Positions 12,824 to 25,927 are shown, numbered from the stretch's first letter. The stretch is 64,000 nucleotides of DNA from Eledone cirrhosa (GCA_964016885.1 OZ024740.1:18848001-18912000), one strand, 5' to 3'. Made by a program: numbers and translations. Notes: generated from the letters alone by a model not told the origin.

Positions 12824-13038
12824 GTATGTGTGTATGCATGTATATATATATGTATGTATATATAGATATAGATAGGTAAATATACACGGGTGTGTATGAT
12901 TGTGTATAGAAGATTATATTAATAAGAGGAATTCCAACTTTGTCTGATTTACTCGTTTTATTTACAATCCTTTAAAATATATATAATATGGTATTATAAT
13001 GAAATAGTATGATAGAATATTAAATTCTAAGTGTTAAT

Positions 13039-13077
13039 TGAACAAGTACTTTCATGCTTTCGCAATCTTCAGGTTCA
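13039..13077 (-). ncRNA. Minimal type I hammerhead ribozyme (Penelope-terminus type)
   Basis: tgaac-CTGAAGA-t-tgc-gaaa-gca-t-GAAA-gtac-TT-gttca; stem I pairs; palindromic AGTACT stem III. Confidence 0.8.
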
Positions 13078-13360
13078 TAATATGTGGTGACAGTCAAGTT
13101 TGCAATTTTCAACTGTATATATGTATGTATATATGCATGTATATGTATATGTGTGTCTCTCTGCATGTAGACCGAATAATGTGAAGTCGTATATTTTATG
13201 CTTTAATATATACAAGATAATCAATTAACAGAATATATGCAATGGTGACCTATTTTGCTTTTAAAATAGTCTAGATTTCGGAAGGTGGAATGGATATGTC
13301 TATATATACTAGTTCTAGTAACTAATATTTTCGTAAATGTTGTGTTATGTTGGATAGCTT

Positions 13361-13536
13361 TGTGCACCTGCTTCATCAGTACCGACTACCATGCTTTAAC
13401 CCCCCTACCACAGCCCTGTGTGTACCTGCTTCAGCAATACCGACTAGCATGCTTTAACCCCCCTACCCTAGCCCTGTGTGTACCTTCTTCAGCAGTACCG
13501 ACTAGCATGCTGTTACCTCCCCTACCACAGCCCTGC
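13361..13536. repeat. About 58-bp tandem repeat x3
   Basis: Unit TGTGTACCTGCTTCAGCAGTACCGACTAGCATGCTTTAACCCCCTACCACAGCCCTG repeated. Confidence 0.85.
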
Positions 13537-13559
13537 TGCCGTGCTTGGTTGAAAGCTTA

Positions 13560-14140
13560 TACCATCGAATTGCATTCGGCTAGTACTAAACTGGATAACG
13601 ACTGTGTAGAAAATAATATTTCATTCAAGCACGATTTTTGGATCTGTGAGCAACACAAATACCATTGAGAAATAAGAGTAGGCGCTTTTTAGATTCTAGT
13701 TTCTGATGTGTCGCCTCTGTCACTTCCTACGGCAAGACGATCTCAAAGATACGTCAAATGTGGTTTCGACTCAGTAGGGATTTCATCACAGTTGTAACCA
13801 GTGTTGTTATGCCGAAAAGATGGCGGAAGACCGTCCCTTATCACAATTTTTCCGTTCCGAAGCAGTAAATCCCTAACCTGTGGCAATAATGTTTTCCAAT
13901 GGCGTGGATAGAAAACTGAAAACGTCCTGCCAATTTTCTGAAAAACTTTCATGTCGAACCCATAACAGTGAAAATATTTGGCGTTGTAGGCTCCAAACCG
14001 CCAACCCATTCGGTTCGATCGAGATAGAGATTTCCATCCAAAATTACGAGTCCAGTGAAGGAGACTGGTTCTTTCAGCGCGTCTCTTTCGCCAATCTTTT
14101 ATTAACAGGGAACATGAATCGTTTTCATGACGCGTTGTGA
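13560..14140 (-). mobile_element. Highly degenerate pogo/Tigger-like transposase remnant
   Basis: YNCDE (DDE-start-like) and NGW-like segments in broken frames; weak. Confidence 0.35.
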
Positions 14141-14334
14141 TTTCATTTAGGAAATATTAATATTTATGTAGGGTAATATAGTGTTTCACAATAACTCTTT
14201 GTTGTTGATACGAGGTCTTAATGGATAAGTTCTTATTAGATAAATAATTTTTATTTTAACTTTAGAACTGATTACTGCTTGTAGGAGGGTATACTAAAAA
14301 AATGTGTGTGTGTGTGCGTTGATGTTCTCTCTCT

Positions 14335-14810
14335 TTCACTCACTGCCTCCGTCTCTCTCGCTCTCCCCATCTCTCACTATTATAAGCAAATGGGGGCTCA
14401 CGCACTAACCACCCCGCAGTCCCGGTGGACAGAATAGAGAAGTCGTTTCTCCGGAGGGTGAGGGAGACGCGCTAGAAGAGCCATTCCAGCTCCCGAGGCT
14501 CACACCTGTTTACTGTGTGTGAGAGAGATATAGATTTACTACTTACTGTTTAAGGGTCCACCTCGTGAGAAGACATTTCCTCGGAGATGGTGTGGGAGAC
14601 CCACTGGAAATGCCACTCCACCTCGCGAGGCTCGCACATGCGGGTAACCAGTTCCGCCCCGACAGCAATGAGTAGGGATATGGTCTGAGAGAGCAAGAAC
14701 GCTGGGAGTGTTCACTGCCACAGGCTCGACCATAAACCTATCAGAGAGCGGCCGACACTTTGTTATTACATTGTCCTTGTGTATACAGGGACCTTATGTA
14801 TATTATACAA
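14335..14810 (+). repeat. Interspersed repeat, possibly a solo LTR; related copy at 23836-24010
   Basis: Shared blocks CTCTCCCCATCTCTCACTATT..AGCAAATGGG and CACTGC..GGCTCGACC..AAACCT..GAGA in both copies. Confidence 0.4.
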
Positions 14811-14962
14811 ACTAAGAGATGCTGCTGATGGTAGGGTCCTTCATTCTACTAGCAACTCCCAATGCCTCACCTCCCCGCAAACACATTTGTACCATATCAC
14901 GATATTTTTCTTCTTCTTCTTATACCTGGTTCTGGCAGAAGCAACTGTCTCCAACTGATCCC

Positions 14963-15278
14963 GCTGGATCCCCAAGCGAGACCAGCCCAGCTCATGAATG
15001 TTATCCAACCCTTTTGCTCGTGATCTACCTGTGGGTCTCCTGCTGGATCCCCAAGCGAGACCAGCCGAGCTCATGAATGTTATCCAACCATTTTGCTCGT
15101 GATCTACCTGTGGGTTTCCTGCTGGATCCCCAAGCGAGACCAGCCGAGCTCATGAATGTTATCCAACCATTTTGCTCGTGATCTACCTGTGGGTCTCCTG
15201 CTGGATCCCCAAGCGAGACCAGCCGAGCTCATGAATGTTATCCAACCATTTTGCTCGTGATCTACCTGTGGGTCTCCT
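14963..15278. repeat. 79-bp tandem repeat x4
   Basis: Units start at 14963, 15042, 15121 and 15200 (GCTGGATCCCCAAGCGAGACC...), nearly identical. Confidence 0.95.
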
Positions 15279-16026
15279 GCCGGTTGGTTTTGCCCCGTAG
15301 AATCTGTGCTGTGATTCTTTCCTGAGACTTTTTAACTACATGTCCGTGATATCGGAACTGTGATGTCTCCATTCAAAGAAATAGCAGCTCAACCTGGAGT
15401 GACCCCTTGATCTCCGCGCTACGCCCTCTATCGAGTAATGTTTGTCACGTGAAAGAAACTGAAGAAAACCAAAACTTTTATAACAGGGATTTAGAAATAA
15501 AGATAATACAAATGGTCAAACCTGTGATTCTGTGTTGGTAAGATGAACACACTGATTCCATAATGGTAACCGTCCATACTGGCACCGAGATATATCCACA
15601 GGATCATAATTCTTTGGAATTTTCCCAAACCACCGATATGGTTTAATAGAGTATCAAACTTCATTTTGGAATAAGGAACTTTCGGTATTTATTTTATATT
15701 AATCTGTAAAATAACATGAAATGAAAAAGGTTATTTTAAAATAAAACTGAAATAGTACATGTGTGTGTATGTATGTGTATGTATGTGTGTGAATAGATAT
15801 TTGTATGTATGCATGCTCTCTCTCTCTTTCTCTAACTCACTCACTCTTACTCACGCTTTCTCTCTCTCTCACACACATTTTTGTATGTATGTATGTATGC
15901 ATGTATGTATGTATGTATTTATGTATGTATGTATGTATGTATGTATGTATGTATGTATGTATGTATGTATGTATGTATGTATGTATGTATGTATGTATTT
16001 CACAGCATATGTATGTGTGTATCTAT

Positions 16027-16255
16027 TTCACGGCACAGGCATTGCTTTATATCTGGAGATCTCTCTGCACTTGTCATCACATGGTACCATGGGCACAGCA
16101 CTATGTGTCAATAATTGTCACAAGTGTAGTGTGTGTACCAGAGTTTTCAAGTCGCTGGCTGGACTAAAATGTCACACTCGTTCAGCGCATCGGTAGGAGT
16201 TCTCCTACATGGATATAAAGTAGTGGCCGTACTCGAAAACGAGTTAGCAGCCACC
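16027..16255 (+). mobile_element. Non-autonomous RTE family B, 3' part
   Basis: Matches about 17473-17701; encodes the C2H2 remnant CSVCTRVFKSLAGLKCHTRSAH. Confidence 0.88.
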
Positions 16256-16350
16256 ATGTATTTATGTATGTATGTATATATGTATGTATTTATGTATGTA
16301 TGTATTTTTGTATGTATGTATTTATGTATTTATGCATGTATGTATGTATG

Positions 16351-16423
16351 TTCTGGTTTTATAATTTTATACATGTTTACCAATAGAGAGAGGAGAGTCG
16401 GTTTCTAACGTAGACACAAGAAT
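16351..16423 (-). mobile_element. R4-like family 1, 3'UTR stub
   Basis: Matches 30218-30285; abuts (ATGT)n. Confidence 0.75.
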
Positions 16424-16436
16424 CTTTATATATGTA

Positions 16437-17027
16437 TATCTCTTTCTCTTAATTTCGAGTATATTTTTTTGACCGGCCGCCTTCCTGGTGGCAAGGTTGT
16501 AAAAGAAAAGAAATTGTCATCCCTTGAATCGCAAGAATGTTTTGCAAATTTTGAATGTTTTGCAAATTTGTAGACTATGAATTAGGGAGCTGCGCTTTTT
16601 GTCCGCAAATCCAAGTTCAGTCATACTTTGGTCCAAGCGGGTTGGTATATAACCCGTAGCTCCAATAATGATGGGTATGAAGCTAAAGGTGTATCTTGGA
16701 TACTGGATTTGTAAACTCCTCATCAATGGTCCGTTGATGTCCTCCTTCTCCTGTATTTTTCTGACAACGTTTACATCAAGTGGGCAGCTGATCTCCACAA
16801 CAGAACACGTTTTCAATGTGTGGTCCCAAACAACAATATCAGGCCGGTTGTGCTTTAATTTGGTGGCAGTTTTTATTTTCAGGTTCCACCAGTATTCCTT
16901 AGTGCCATCTGTCTCAATATATTCTTCCTCGTTTGTTGTTAATTTTGTTTTCCGAAGTGCGTTCCAGATGGTTCTAGCTATCCCATCGTGTCTCATGGGG
17001 AGGTAGTAGCGAGATGACATTCTTTCG
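16437..17027 (-). mobile_element. R4-like family 2, 5'-truncated
   Basis: Near-identical to 6215-6812 (RHD, RPDI, VEISCP). Confidence 0.9.
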
Positions 17028-17090
17028 TATGTATGTATGTATGTATGTATGTATGTATGTATGTATGTATGTATGTATGTATGTATGTAT

Positions 17091-17701
17091 TGTGTCAGGT
17101 CACCAGTTGGTGCTATTGGTAACATGTATCCCAGTACAACCTGTCTCATGGTCGGGTCGTTGGCGACTAAACTGGCAACCCCACCAAGGTTTCTTGGTGA
17201 GGAGGGTGGCTTTGGACATCCTGCAGGACTAAAAACAAAACCTGTCAAAAGGCAAAGGGGCTCTTAAGAGTCAATAGCCATCCAAAATCACCGGGAGAGA
17301 TGACCCCTTAACCTTTGTCAAGGCAGAATTCTAGGAGAAGGAAAACTCTTATATAACACCTGCAACCCTGATGGTATCCAATGATGTTGACTTGTTCTTC
17401 TTTTTGGTAAATATCATCTTAGTTAAGAGAGTGGGACTGGCTTTGTGCAGTGCCTTTGCTCACTATAAAAGCTTCACAGCAAAGGCATTGCTTTATATCT
17501 GGAGATCTCTCTGCACTTGTCGTCACATGGTACCATGGGCCCAGCACTATGTGTCAATAATTGTCACAAGTGTAGTGTTTGTACCAGAGTTTTCAAGTCG
17601 CTGGCTGGACTAAAAAGTCACACTCGTTCAGCGCATTGGTAGGGGTTCTCCTACATGGATATAAAGTAGTGGCCGTACTCGAAAACGAGTTGGCAGCCAC
17701 C
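17091..17701 (+). mobile_element. Full-length non-autonomous bipartite RTE derivative, family B (about 610 bp)
   Basis: RTE-type 5'UTR blocks, last C2H2 remnant, terminal hairpin CTCG-AAAA-CGAG and (ATGT)n; several further copies in the window. Confidence 0.9.
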
Positions 17702-17736
17702 ATGTATGTATGTATGTATGTACGGATGTATGTATG

Positions 17737-18265
17737 GTCACTCTTGAGTGCTACTGGTAACATGTAACCTAGTACAACCTGTCGCATGGTCGGGTCGTCG
17801 GTGACTAAACCGGCAATCCCACCAAGTTTACTTGGTGAGGAGGGGATTTTGGACACCCTGCAGGACAAAAAACAAAACCTGACAAAGGGCGGAAGAACTT
17901 ATAAGAGTCAACGACCATCCGAAAGTGTTTAAATATATATATACACATGTACCATGCGGTTAAACCACTGGGAGTGAAGGACCCCTAGCCTTTGTCAGGG
18001 CATTCTTCTAGGAGAAGGCAACTCAGGAAACTGGGATAACTCCGATATAAAACCTGCGGCTCAGTAGTTACTGATGATGTTGATCTTTACTTCTTTTCTG
18101 GTTATAGCTACTGTCTCTCAGAGAGTGGGACTGGCTCAGAGCACAGTCTTTCCTCACTTTAAAAATTATCTTCACGCACAGGCATTGCACGATTTAATTA
18201 ATTAATAATTAGTAATAATGGTATATCGTGCAATGGCCATACTCGATAACGAGCGGGCAGCCATC
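17737..18265 (+). mobile_element. Non-autonomous bipartite RTE derivative, family A (leader, 5'UTR and 3' end of the 7681 element)
   Basis: 17956-18192 matches 7722-7959; about 18226-18265 matches 12089-12128; ORF absent. Confidence 0.88.
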
Positions 18266-18344
18266 ATGTATGTATGTATGTACGAATGTATGTATGTATG
18301 TATGTATGTATGTATGTATGCACGTAAACATATAAATATACATG

Positions 18345-19750
18345 CATGTGTGCCTGGTTTATACTGCTTAGACAGAAAAGGAAGGGAGGTACCCACGACC
18401 ATTTTCAAGATCACTGTGACAATCTGGAGGGGTTGAGAGATGTATCCTTAAATTGGAAGCCTGATTCGAATTCTTGCAACAGAGGGGGCTCGCTAAAGGC
18501 ACTCCATGGCCAGCTGGTGTTCTTAAGTCGGACAAGTAAAAATCTACACAGGTTTCTAATCAGAAGTTTCGTCATCTCTAGTCACACTAAGCCTGACACA
18601 ACCACGAGCTCGCCATTTCCGTTCATCAGCCATACAATAACTCTACTACAACATAAGGCTACTGCCAACCTGATTAACAACTTTCATTGGTGAAACATGA
18701 CAACTTCGACAAAGCGACAACCACATATGCTATCAGTCTAGGAATATATTCAAATCCTGCATGACTGCACATCTTTAGTCACGACAGAGCAAATCCTCCG
18801 CCTAAAGAATAATGACATAGTGAAAGAGAAGACGTTCCAATCTAATCACACAGAAATAAGATAAACCCCAAGTAACTTAACCGGTTCATTTGTCCAGCAC
18901 TCCACCATCTTGTTTGAAGATATGATGTCGTTTTCCATGTATCGAGTTGCAAGCCCATTGATTTATCCGAGTTAATTGTTTTTTGGCTCTAGTTATCACC
19001 TAATTTTCTTTAGAAAGGATACAGACCACCTCGATTTCCGTGGGGTCTGATACCATTACGATAACGTCGTCCAGATATGCTGACTTGGATTTTCCGTATT
19101 CCAGTTCGAAGAGGATTCCCCCCAATACCTCTTATTTCCGCAGTAGTGGTTCGAGAGTAAATGATATAGAATAAATAAGAGAGGATACTTTTACCACCAC
19201 CAATAATTGAGTCCCATTGGGCATATTGATAGGGTCGGGGAAGGTGTCCACACTCTCTTGATTGTATCACGAACTCCATAGCCACACCTGTTGAGCTCTG
19301 TATTCGCAGCTTGTGTATTTCAAGGATCATTTGTTCTTCAGTGACTACGAAGATGGTTACCAGCAGGTGTCGATTTCAGGTGAGACTTCCACCTCTCTCA
19401 GCATTGCCCCTTACCCTTTAATGTAGACTGGGATGAGGGTCAGCTCTTCATTTTTAAGGTGTTTATCGAGTATTCCTTGGCCTACTGTTCACACAGGAAC
19501 CTTATTTGAGCCCCGTCTAACTTGTTATCTAGAGTGAGGTTGGTTTTGAGGTCTCACCCACATTTCTATTTGGTCTTGGGTCACACGCTTCACACGTCTA
19601 GATTTCATATCTATGTAATTATAGAAAACCGAGTGACCCGGAAGATCAGCCACATCCCAGACAAGGGCAAAGTTTTGTTAGCTGTTCTCACAAGTTTTCT
19701 TGCTTCAATGTTTTCGTGTGAGAGTTTCTGTTTTCAGTGTTCGAGCTGCA
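18345..19750 (-). mobile_element. Degenerate L1/Tx1-like RT remnant
   Basis: Minus-strand SAYLDDVIVMVS (YLDD at 19066-19077), GLQLDTW and WTNEPVKLLGVY motifs in broken frames; boundaries approximate. Confidence 0.65.
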
Positions 19751-19775
19751 CTTGCTATGGACTCACTTTTCTTTG

Positions 19776-19972
19776 ATGTTGCTGTTGTTATTGGTTGGTG
19801 GTGGTGGTTGAGGTGGTATTGGTGGTGGTTGTTGTTTTGGTGGTGGTGGTGTTGGTAATGGTAGTGGTGGTGGTGGTGGTGGTTGTTGTTTTGGTGGTGG
19901 TGTTGGTGGTGGTTGTTGTTTTGGTGGTGTTGGTGGTGGTGTTGGTGTTGGTGGTAGTGTTGGTGGTGGTGG

Positions 19973-20037
<65 letters not shown>

Positions 20038-20057
20038 GGTGGTGGTGGTGGTGGTGT
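19776..20057. repeat. (GGT)n/(GTT)n compound trinucleotide repeat
   Basis: Directly visible. Confidence 0.95.
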
Positions 20058-21319
20058 TCACTTTACTGGTGGTTTAGTTATAGTAATAGGGACGTTGCTG
20101 ATTACCAGTGGAAAGTCAGAGTAAAGGACACTACAGTAAAACTTTCGGCGCGTCTCAAGCTGCTTCTCGGCTCTTTTACGTTTTACAGCTCGGCAACTTC
20201 GTCGCCATTTTTTAGGTTAAAAAAAAAATGAAATACTGTTCCAGGGAGCTGGAAACAGGGAGAGCTATTCATTCGATTTCTAAGGTACTCGGTCAATTCC
20301 CAAACAACATGGTATATAAAAGTCAACAATAAACATTGCCCAAAATAGTGAACATACAACAAAACATGCAAGACAAAGCGAAGCATATCCGTGAGATGGA
20401 CAGATGAGGGACATTACAAGGATTAAAGCTTTTGTAGTCTTGTCTGAGAAGCCCCGCCCCAACACTACCCTGCCCTAGGCCCATCACCCTCTTCCTTCCT
20501 CATCCCTTTCTTCTGTTGCCTCAGAATCCTTACTTTTTCCCTCCTTTTCCTCTCATTTATGTCTTTCATAGTCCTTTCCTCTACTTTTCTATACAGCCAG
20601 ATCTGCCCTTCCTTAAACCCATTTTCTCATTGCTTAATTTTTCTTTTGTCTTTCTTTCTCATATTTATGTATCTTTTGAAAATAAAATATATATCTGAAT
20701 AAAAAAAAAGATAAAATTATAAAATGATGTGGGTTTTACATCCAGTGAGGAAATCAGGATCTGCAAAAGAACATCTACTTCTCTACCTTCCACATCAAGT
20801 GATAGTTGAAAGTATTGAGGTTTCAGGTTGAGAGGCAGGTGCTATAAGAGTGGGCTCCAGCCGGTACTTCCGAGGCCCAACAGCTAAGAAGGCTCCACAG
20901 CAACCATGCAACACCCTTTTGAAAAAAATCTTTGCCTCCTTCGGGCCCGAAAGGGGTCTTGTACGGCCTTGCAAAATTCCTCTTGGAGGCCCTGTTGTGA
21001 GGTAAAACTACGTCTTCAAACCTTTCAGCTATATCCACCATACAACTTCACCACTAACACACAACACTCCAGATTACTCTGTCACATCGAGGCTGTTGAA
21101 TGTGTCCATTACCGGCTTTTCTCTCCTGCTTAGAAATCAAAGTCAATGTCCATTCAACCATGTCAATCTCGCCGTTCACACCTGACAACAATTTGAAGAA
21201 ATTACTGATCTACTTAAGATAAATGCGATTGTAATACGAACTGTTAATGCATGTATTGAGTTCGTCGTTAATATAACCGCTTCGTATTGAACTTTGAATA
21301 TTCGATTACATCAAGATAT

Positions 21320-22870
21320 AATGGAATAAACAGATTTGTTAATAAATGTATACATGGTGGTGTCATACCCAAAGACTGGTGTAGCAGTATTCTCATAAAT
21401 TGCTACAAAGGCAAAGGGAATGCTCTAGAGAGGAGCAATTATAGGAGCATAAAGCTGATGGATCAGGTTATGAAAGTGGCAGAGAGAATATTAACGCAAC
21501 TGATTAGAGAAAAGGTCAAATTAGATGAGATGTAGTTTGGTTTTATGCCTCGGAAAAGTACAATAGATGCCCTCTTCTTAGTGAAGCAACTACAAGAGAG
21601 GTTCTTAGAGAACAATAATCTACTATACATAGCTTTTGTTGACCTAGAGAAGGCCTTTGATAGGGTCCCCGATCTGTCATCCGGTGGTCCCTAAGGAAAC
21701 TAGGTGTAGATGAATGGCTTGTGAGGACAGTGCAAGCTATGTACAGGGGTGCTGTCAGTAAAGTGATAATAGGAATGGAGGTTAGTGAGGGATTCCAGAT
21801 ACAAGTAGGTGTACATCAGGGTTCGGTCCTCAGCCCGCTCTTGTTCATTATAGTCCTCCAAGCCATAACAGAGGAGTTTAAGACTGGATGCCCATAAGAA
21901 CTTCTCTATGCTGATGATCTGGTTCTTATAGCAGAATAAGTAGAGGAGCTAGAGAATAAATTCTGGCTATGGAAACAGCAGTTGGAATCAAGAGGCGTGA
22001 GAGTGAACATAGCTAAAACAAAAGTGTTGATAACTAGAAGAGAGGACAATACTCTGATTCCATCAGGGAAATGGCCATGTTCGATATGTAGGAAAGGAAC
22101 TGGCATAAATTCCATAAAAATGTACGCAATGCAGATCTTGGGCACACAAGAGATGTAGTGGGATAGCAGGCAAACTAACAGGTAGGGAAAACTACGTATG
22201 CAGTAGATGTACAGGGAAAGTAGGTTCTATAGAAGTGGTTGATAGCTTCCGGTACCTAGGTGATCATATTAGCATGGGAGCGGGGGAGGGGTGGGCGAGG
22301 CCATAGTATCTAGAATAAGGACGGGTTGGAAGAAGTCTAGGGAGCTGCTTCCTCTGTTGACAAAGAAGGGTTTCTTCCTGCGTACGAAAGGACGGTTATA
22401 TGATGCCTGTGTGAGATGCGCGATGCTGCATTGTAGTGAGACATGGGCAGCAACTGCAGAAGATATGCGACTGCTGGAGAGAAATGAAGCAAGTATGCTC
22501 CGTTAGATGTGCAATGTCAATGTGCGTGAACGACCAAGCATAGACGAATTGAGAAAGAAACTGGGTATAAGAGGGATAAGTTGTAGTGTGCAGGCGAGAA
22601 GGCTGAGATGGTATGGACATGTGATGCGCATGGAGGATGACCGCTGGGTAAAGAAGTGCCAAGAAATCCCAGTAGAAGGAAGACGCAGTAGAGGTAGACC
22701 ACGAAAAACATGGGCGGAGGTGGTGAGAGAAGACCTCAGATCGCTGAAACTCACGGAGGAGATAACGAAGGACCGTGACAAGTGGAGAGATGCTGTGCTG
22801 AATAGGACCCATCCCACTCTTGCAAGCATGGAAAAGCGGACGTAAAATGATGATGATGATGATGATGATA
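21320..22870 (+). mobile_element. Degenerate 5'-truncated RTE LINE (third family) with (GAT)n tail
   Basis: YKGKG..NYRSIKL, FVDLEKAFD, GVHQGSVLSPLLF, YADD, RLRWYGHVMR, RGRPRKTW; tail at 22847-22870. Confidence 0.92.
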
Positions 22871-23570
22871 TGAGTGTGTCTGTGTGTGTGTGTACAACTG
22901 CGTTGTAAGTGGAAGAAATCGAGGTCTGCCCTTTCCTAAAGTGGTATGTTAAGAAACATGAATTCATAAGTTCATGTGAGTAGATGAGTACTAGTCCAAA
23001 CTATACTAACAGTTACCATAGCAACAATTGTCTTGAAAAATGAGATTTTATATTTTTCTAAGTATTCAATTTCTATCAATGTCTATTTTTTTCCAGATAT
23101 GTAATCACAGAATTGTGAAAGAATTTGCAGTTTTTAATAATCACAAATTTTAAAAAATATTCATGTAATTAATAGCTTAAAACTTCCTCATCATATCATG
23201 ATTTTATTATATATATTAAAAACATGTTTAAATTAGATAAAATATTGAAAACATCTGTAGCAAGAGCTTATTTAACAGCTTATTTATATCTGCAATATAT
23301 ACTGGGAGAACAACAAATAAATTGCAATATCTTGTAATATCTGTCTTCACGCTTCTTTAATTTTAAGAAGTTTATATGCACGTTTAGAGCAATCAGATGG
23401 TCTGCTTAAGAAATAAGAACTTAATGCTTTTCAAGAATTCGAAATTCTTTCAATATAAGGTTGTGATGATAACCACCTGGCTGGTACACGACGAAGAACT
23501 TCTTTAAATCTATATCCACCAAAAAATTAATATATTTTAGGTTTTCACATCTTATAGCTCACGTGCTTGT

Positions 23571-23651
23571 GCAATATTGAATTATTGAAGCAATATTGAA
23601 TTATTGGTGCAATATTGAATTATTGGTGCAATATTGAATTATTGGTGCAAT
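23571..23651. repeat. 19-bp tandem repeat, about 4 copies
   Basis: GCAATATTGAATTATTGGT units. Confidence 0.9.
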
Positions 23652-24054
23652 AACATAAGAAAGCTGTCTAAATATTGTTCACACGATTTTGGTATAAAAT
23701 AAATAATTAAGTAAATAAATATATAAATAAATATATTAAATTAGTAACAAAAACGTTACAACCAAACGAAAACACAAGTAACTGTGGTAAATAAATATAT
23801 ACATATACACCAAGTCCGAACACAAAGGAACCAAACTCCCACTGTCACTACCTCCGTCTCTCCAACTCTCCCCATCTCTCACTATTGTGAGCAAATGGGT
23901 TTAGCCAACACTGTGCCGATGGTGGTGAGTAGTGAATTGATCATAGGGCAAGGGCACTAGACGTCTCCACTGCTATGGGCTCGACCGCAAACCTGTCGGA
24001 GAACAACCGATATCTGGAGGGTATACCCTCCAGGATTTTCTACATGAATATCAC

Positions 24055-24757
24055 TGCGTATCACTCCCGTCTTCGTTCCAAGGAGTAGAGTTTCAGTTCT
24101 TTTAGCCTCTCCCAGTAGCTCATCTCCTTCATCGTGGCAATCCTCTTGGTGTAGCTTCGTTAGATTGCCTCAAGATCCGTGGTTAGTTTGATGCTATGGG
24201 GTGACCACAGCTGGGAGCAGCAGTCCATTCGGCTTAGGACAAATGTCCTCCATAGTATCAACATGGTCTCTCGGTCTCTTGTCCGGAAAGTCCTCAAGAT
24301 CCAGCCAGCGAGTCGTCTGCACATTGTCGCCACCCTCATGATGTGTGAAGAAAAAGATGCATCGTCATTCATGTCTATTCCTAGGTCTTGTATCGATTTC
24401 GACACGGGGTTTCGATCCATACTGGTCAAGTGTAGCTGTGTTGTACTGTATTTGTGTTTGCAGGTTGGTATTGTAGGGCTTCAAATTTTCCAGCATTAAA
24501 CTGCATTTTGTTGTCCTCAGTCCATTTGTTTATGGCATCCAGATCTTGTTGTAAAAGGGCAGCATCAGTCGGGTTTTTGATTGCCTGTGCTACCTTAGTG
24601 TCATCAGCATAGCTAGTGAGGGATGTTGTATGTACTACAGAGGGCATGTCTGAGAGAGCCACGAAAAACAGTAGTGGTCCCATTGATGCAACCCATTGGG
24701 TGCAACTGTCTGGCTTCTGTCTTTTAAGAAATCATGCAGCCACTCACCTAGTCTTCC
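24055..24757 (-). mobile_element. CR1-like LINE RT fragment
   Basis: GPLLF, SYADDTK, LQQDLD..W...NKMQFN, DLGI, CCSQLWSP. Confidence 0.88.
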
Positions 24758-24781
24758 ATATATATATATATATATATATAT

Positions 24782-25306
24782 AAACGGAAAAACTGAAACG
24801 AAATTTCATTTCCCACTCTTAGTACAGCTGTTACTTAAATATAAGTATGTACACGTACATACATATATGTATACCGACGTACAGTAGTATGTATATATAT
24901 ATACATACATGCACACATATATATATGCACGTATGGATTCACCGAACATTTATTATAATGCTCGGTGTGTTTGTAAACAAACATTCCGTATTAAGCCGTA
25001 GTGTCCAGCAACCATCGTTGCTCGTTGTTCAACACTGACAAAGGAACGCTGTACTAGTTTCAAGCTTATTAGCTATCGTCAGCAACGTACACCTTCCTGC
25101 CAGATTGTTGAACGTATATACTTACCTTATGCATATTAACGGCTGAGTAGCCCAATTTGCATATCGAGTGGGTTAATCGGCCGGGTGCACCGAAAACGAT
25201 AAACGGAAAAAATGAAACGAAATTTCATTTCCCACTCTTAGTACGGCTGTTACTTAAATATAAGTATGTACACGTACATACATATATGTATACAGACGTA
25301 CAGTAG

Positions 25307-25315
<9 letters not shown>
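24782..25315 (-). mobile_element. Non-coding element with about 115-bp terminal direct repeats and a hammerhead (Penelope pLTR or retrozyme-like)
   Basis: 24782-24900 repeated at 25201-25315; (TA)n flanks; related stub at 37150-37195. Confidence 0.7.
25046..25088 (-). ncRNA. Minimal type I hammerhead ribozyme
   Basis: acgttg-CTGACGA-t-agct-aata-agct-t-GAAA-ctag-TA-cagcgt; palindromic ACTAGT. Confidence 0.8.
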
Positions 25316-25378
<63 letters not shown>

Positions 25379-25534
25379 ATAGAAATAGCTGTGTAGTTGC
25401 TATTTAAGGTAACTTAAAATGCAGTGGGAATACGAAGAAAGCAAGAACGGGGTGGGGGAGGTTCCTCATCAGTTGTCTGCTGGGGGTCTCGGATAATTCT
25501 ACGCTTTATATATATATATATATACAGTATATAT

Positions 25535-25591
<57 letters not shown>

Positions 25592-25622
25592 AATAAATAG
25601 ATAGATAGATAGATAGATAGAT

Positions 25623-25666
<44 letters not shown>

Positions 25667-25927
25667 CTATAGATATAATATATGTCTATATACTTATAGA
25701 TATAAATATGCATACATATGCACATGTATATATACACTCATAACTGCAAAGAGATAAAGATGGGGGGGGGGTAGAGAAACAGTGTGAGAGAGTGCTTTGT
25801 GGATGAGATGTTTGCTTAGCAACGGCGTAGTTCCTGTTTCGATCGCACTGACTGACACCCATTGCCACACCCTATTGAATAATATTCTCATTGGAATTCG
25901 ACAGATGGTGACTAGGTGGAAGCCCGC

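Noticed and set aside
11701-12875. Long ORFs (326 and 347 aa) and many similar [12 protein letters not shown] ORFs across the window
   Set aside because: Translations of (ATGT)n, (TA)n and (CA)n microsatellites that lack stops; not genes.
14963-15278. Regular repeats resembling a CRISPR array
   Set aside because: Contiguous 79-bp units with no unique spacers, no cas genes, and a eukaryotic context.
17130-17176. HDV-like ribozyme in the RTE leader (CCAGT..ACC-loop-GGT..CTAA-ACTGG)
   Set aside because: No P1 partner or P1.1 found; other copies break the putative P2 and favour a simple hairpin.
17371-17613. Recurrent 80-aa ORF MVSNDVDLFFF.. in several copies
   Set aside because: It recurs because family B copies are young; it crosses the UTR/ORF-remnant junction out of frame with the C2H2 remnant.
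19705-20124. Poly-His/Asn/Thr and poly-Val ORFs
   Set aside because: Trinucleotide repeat translations with no splice or domain support.
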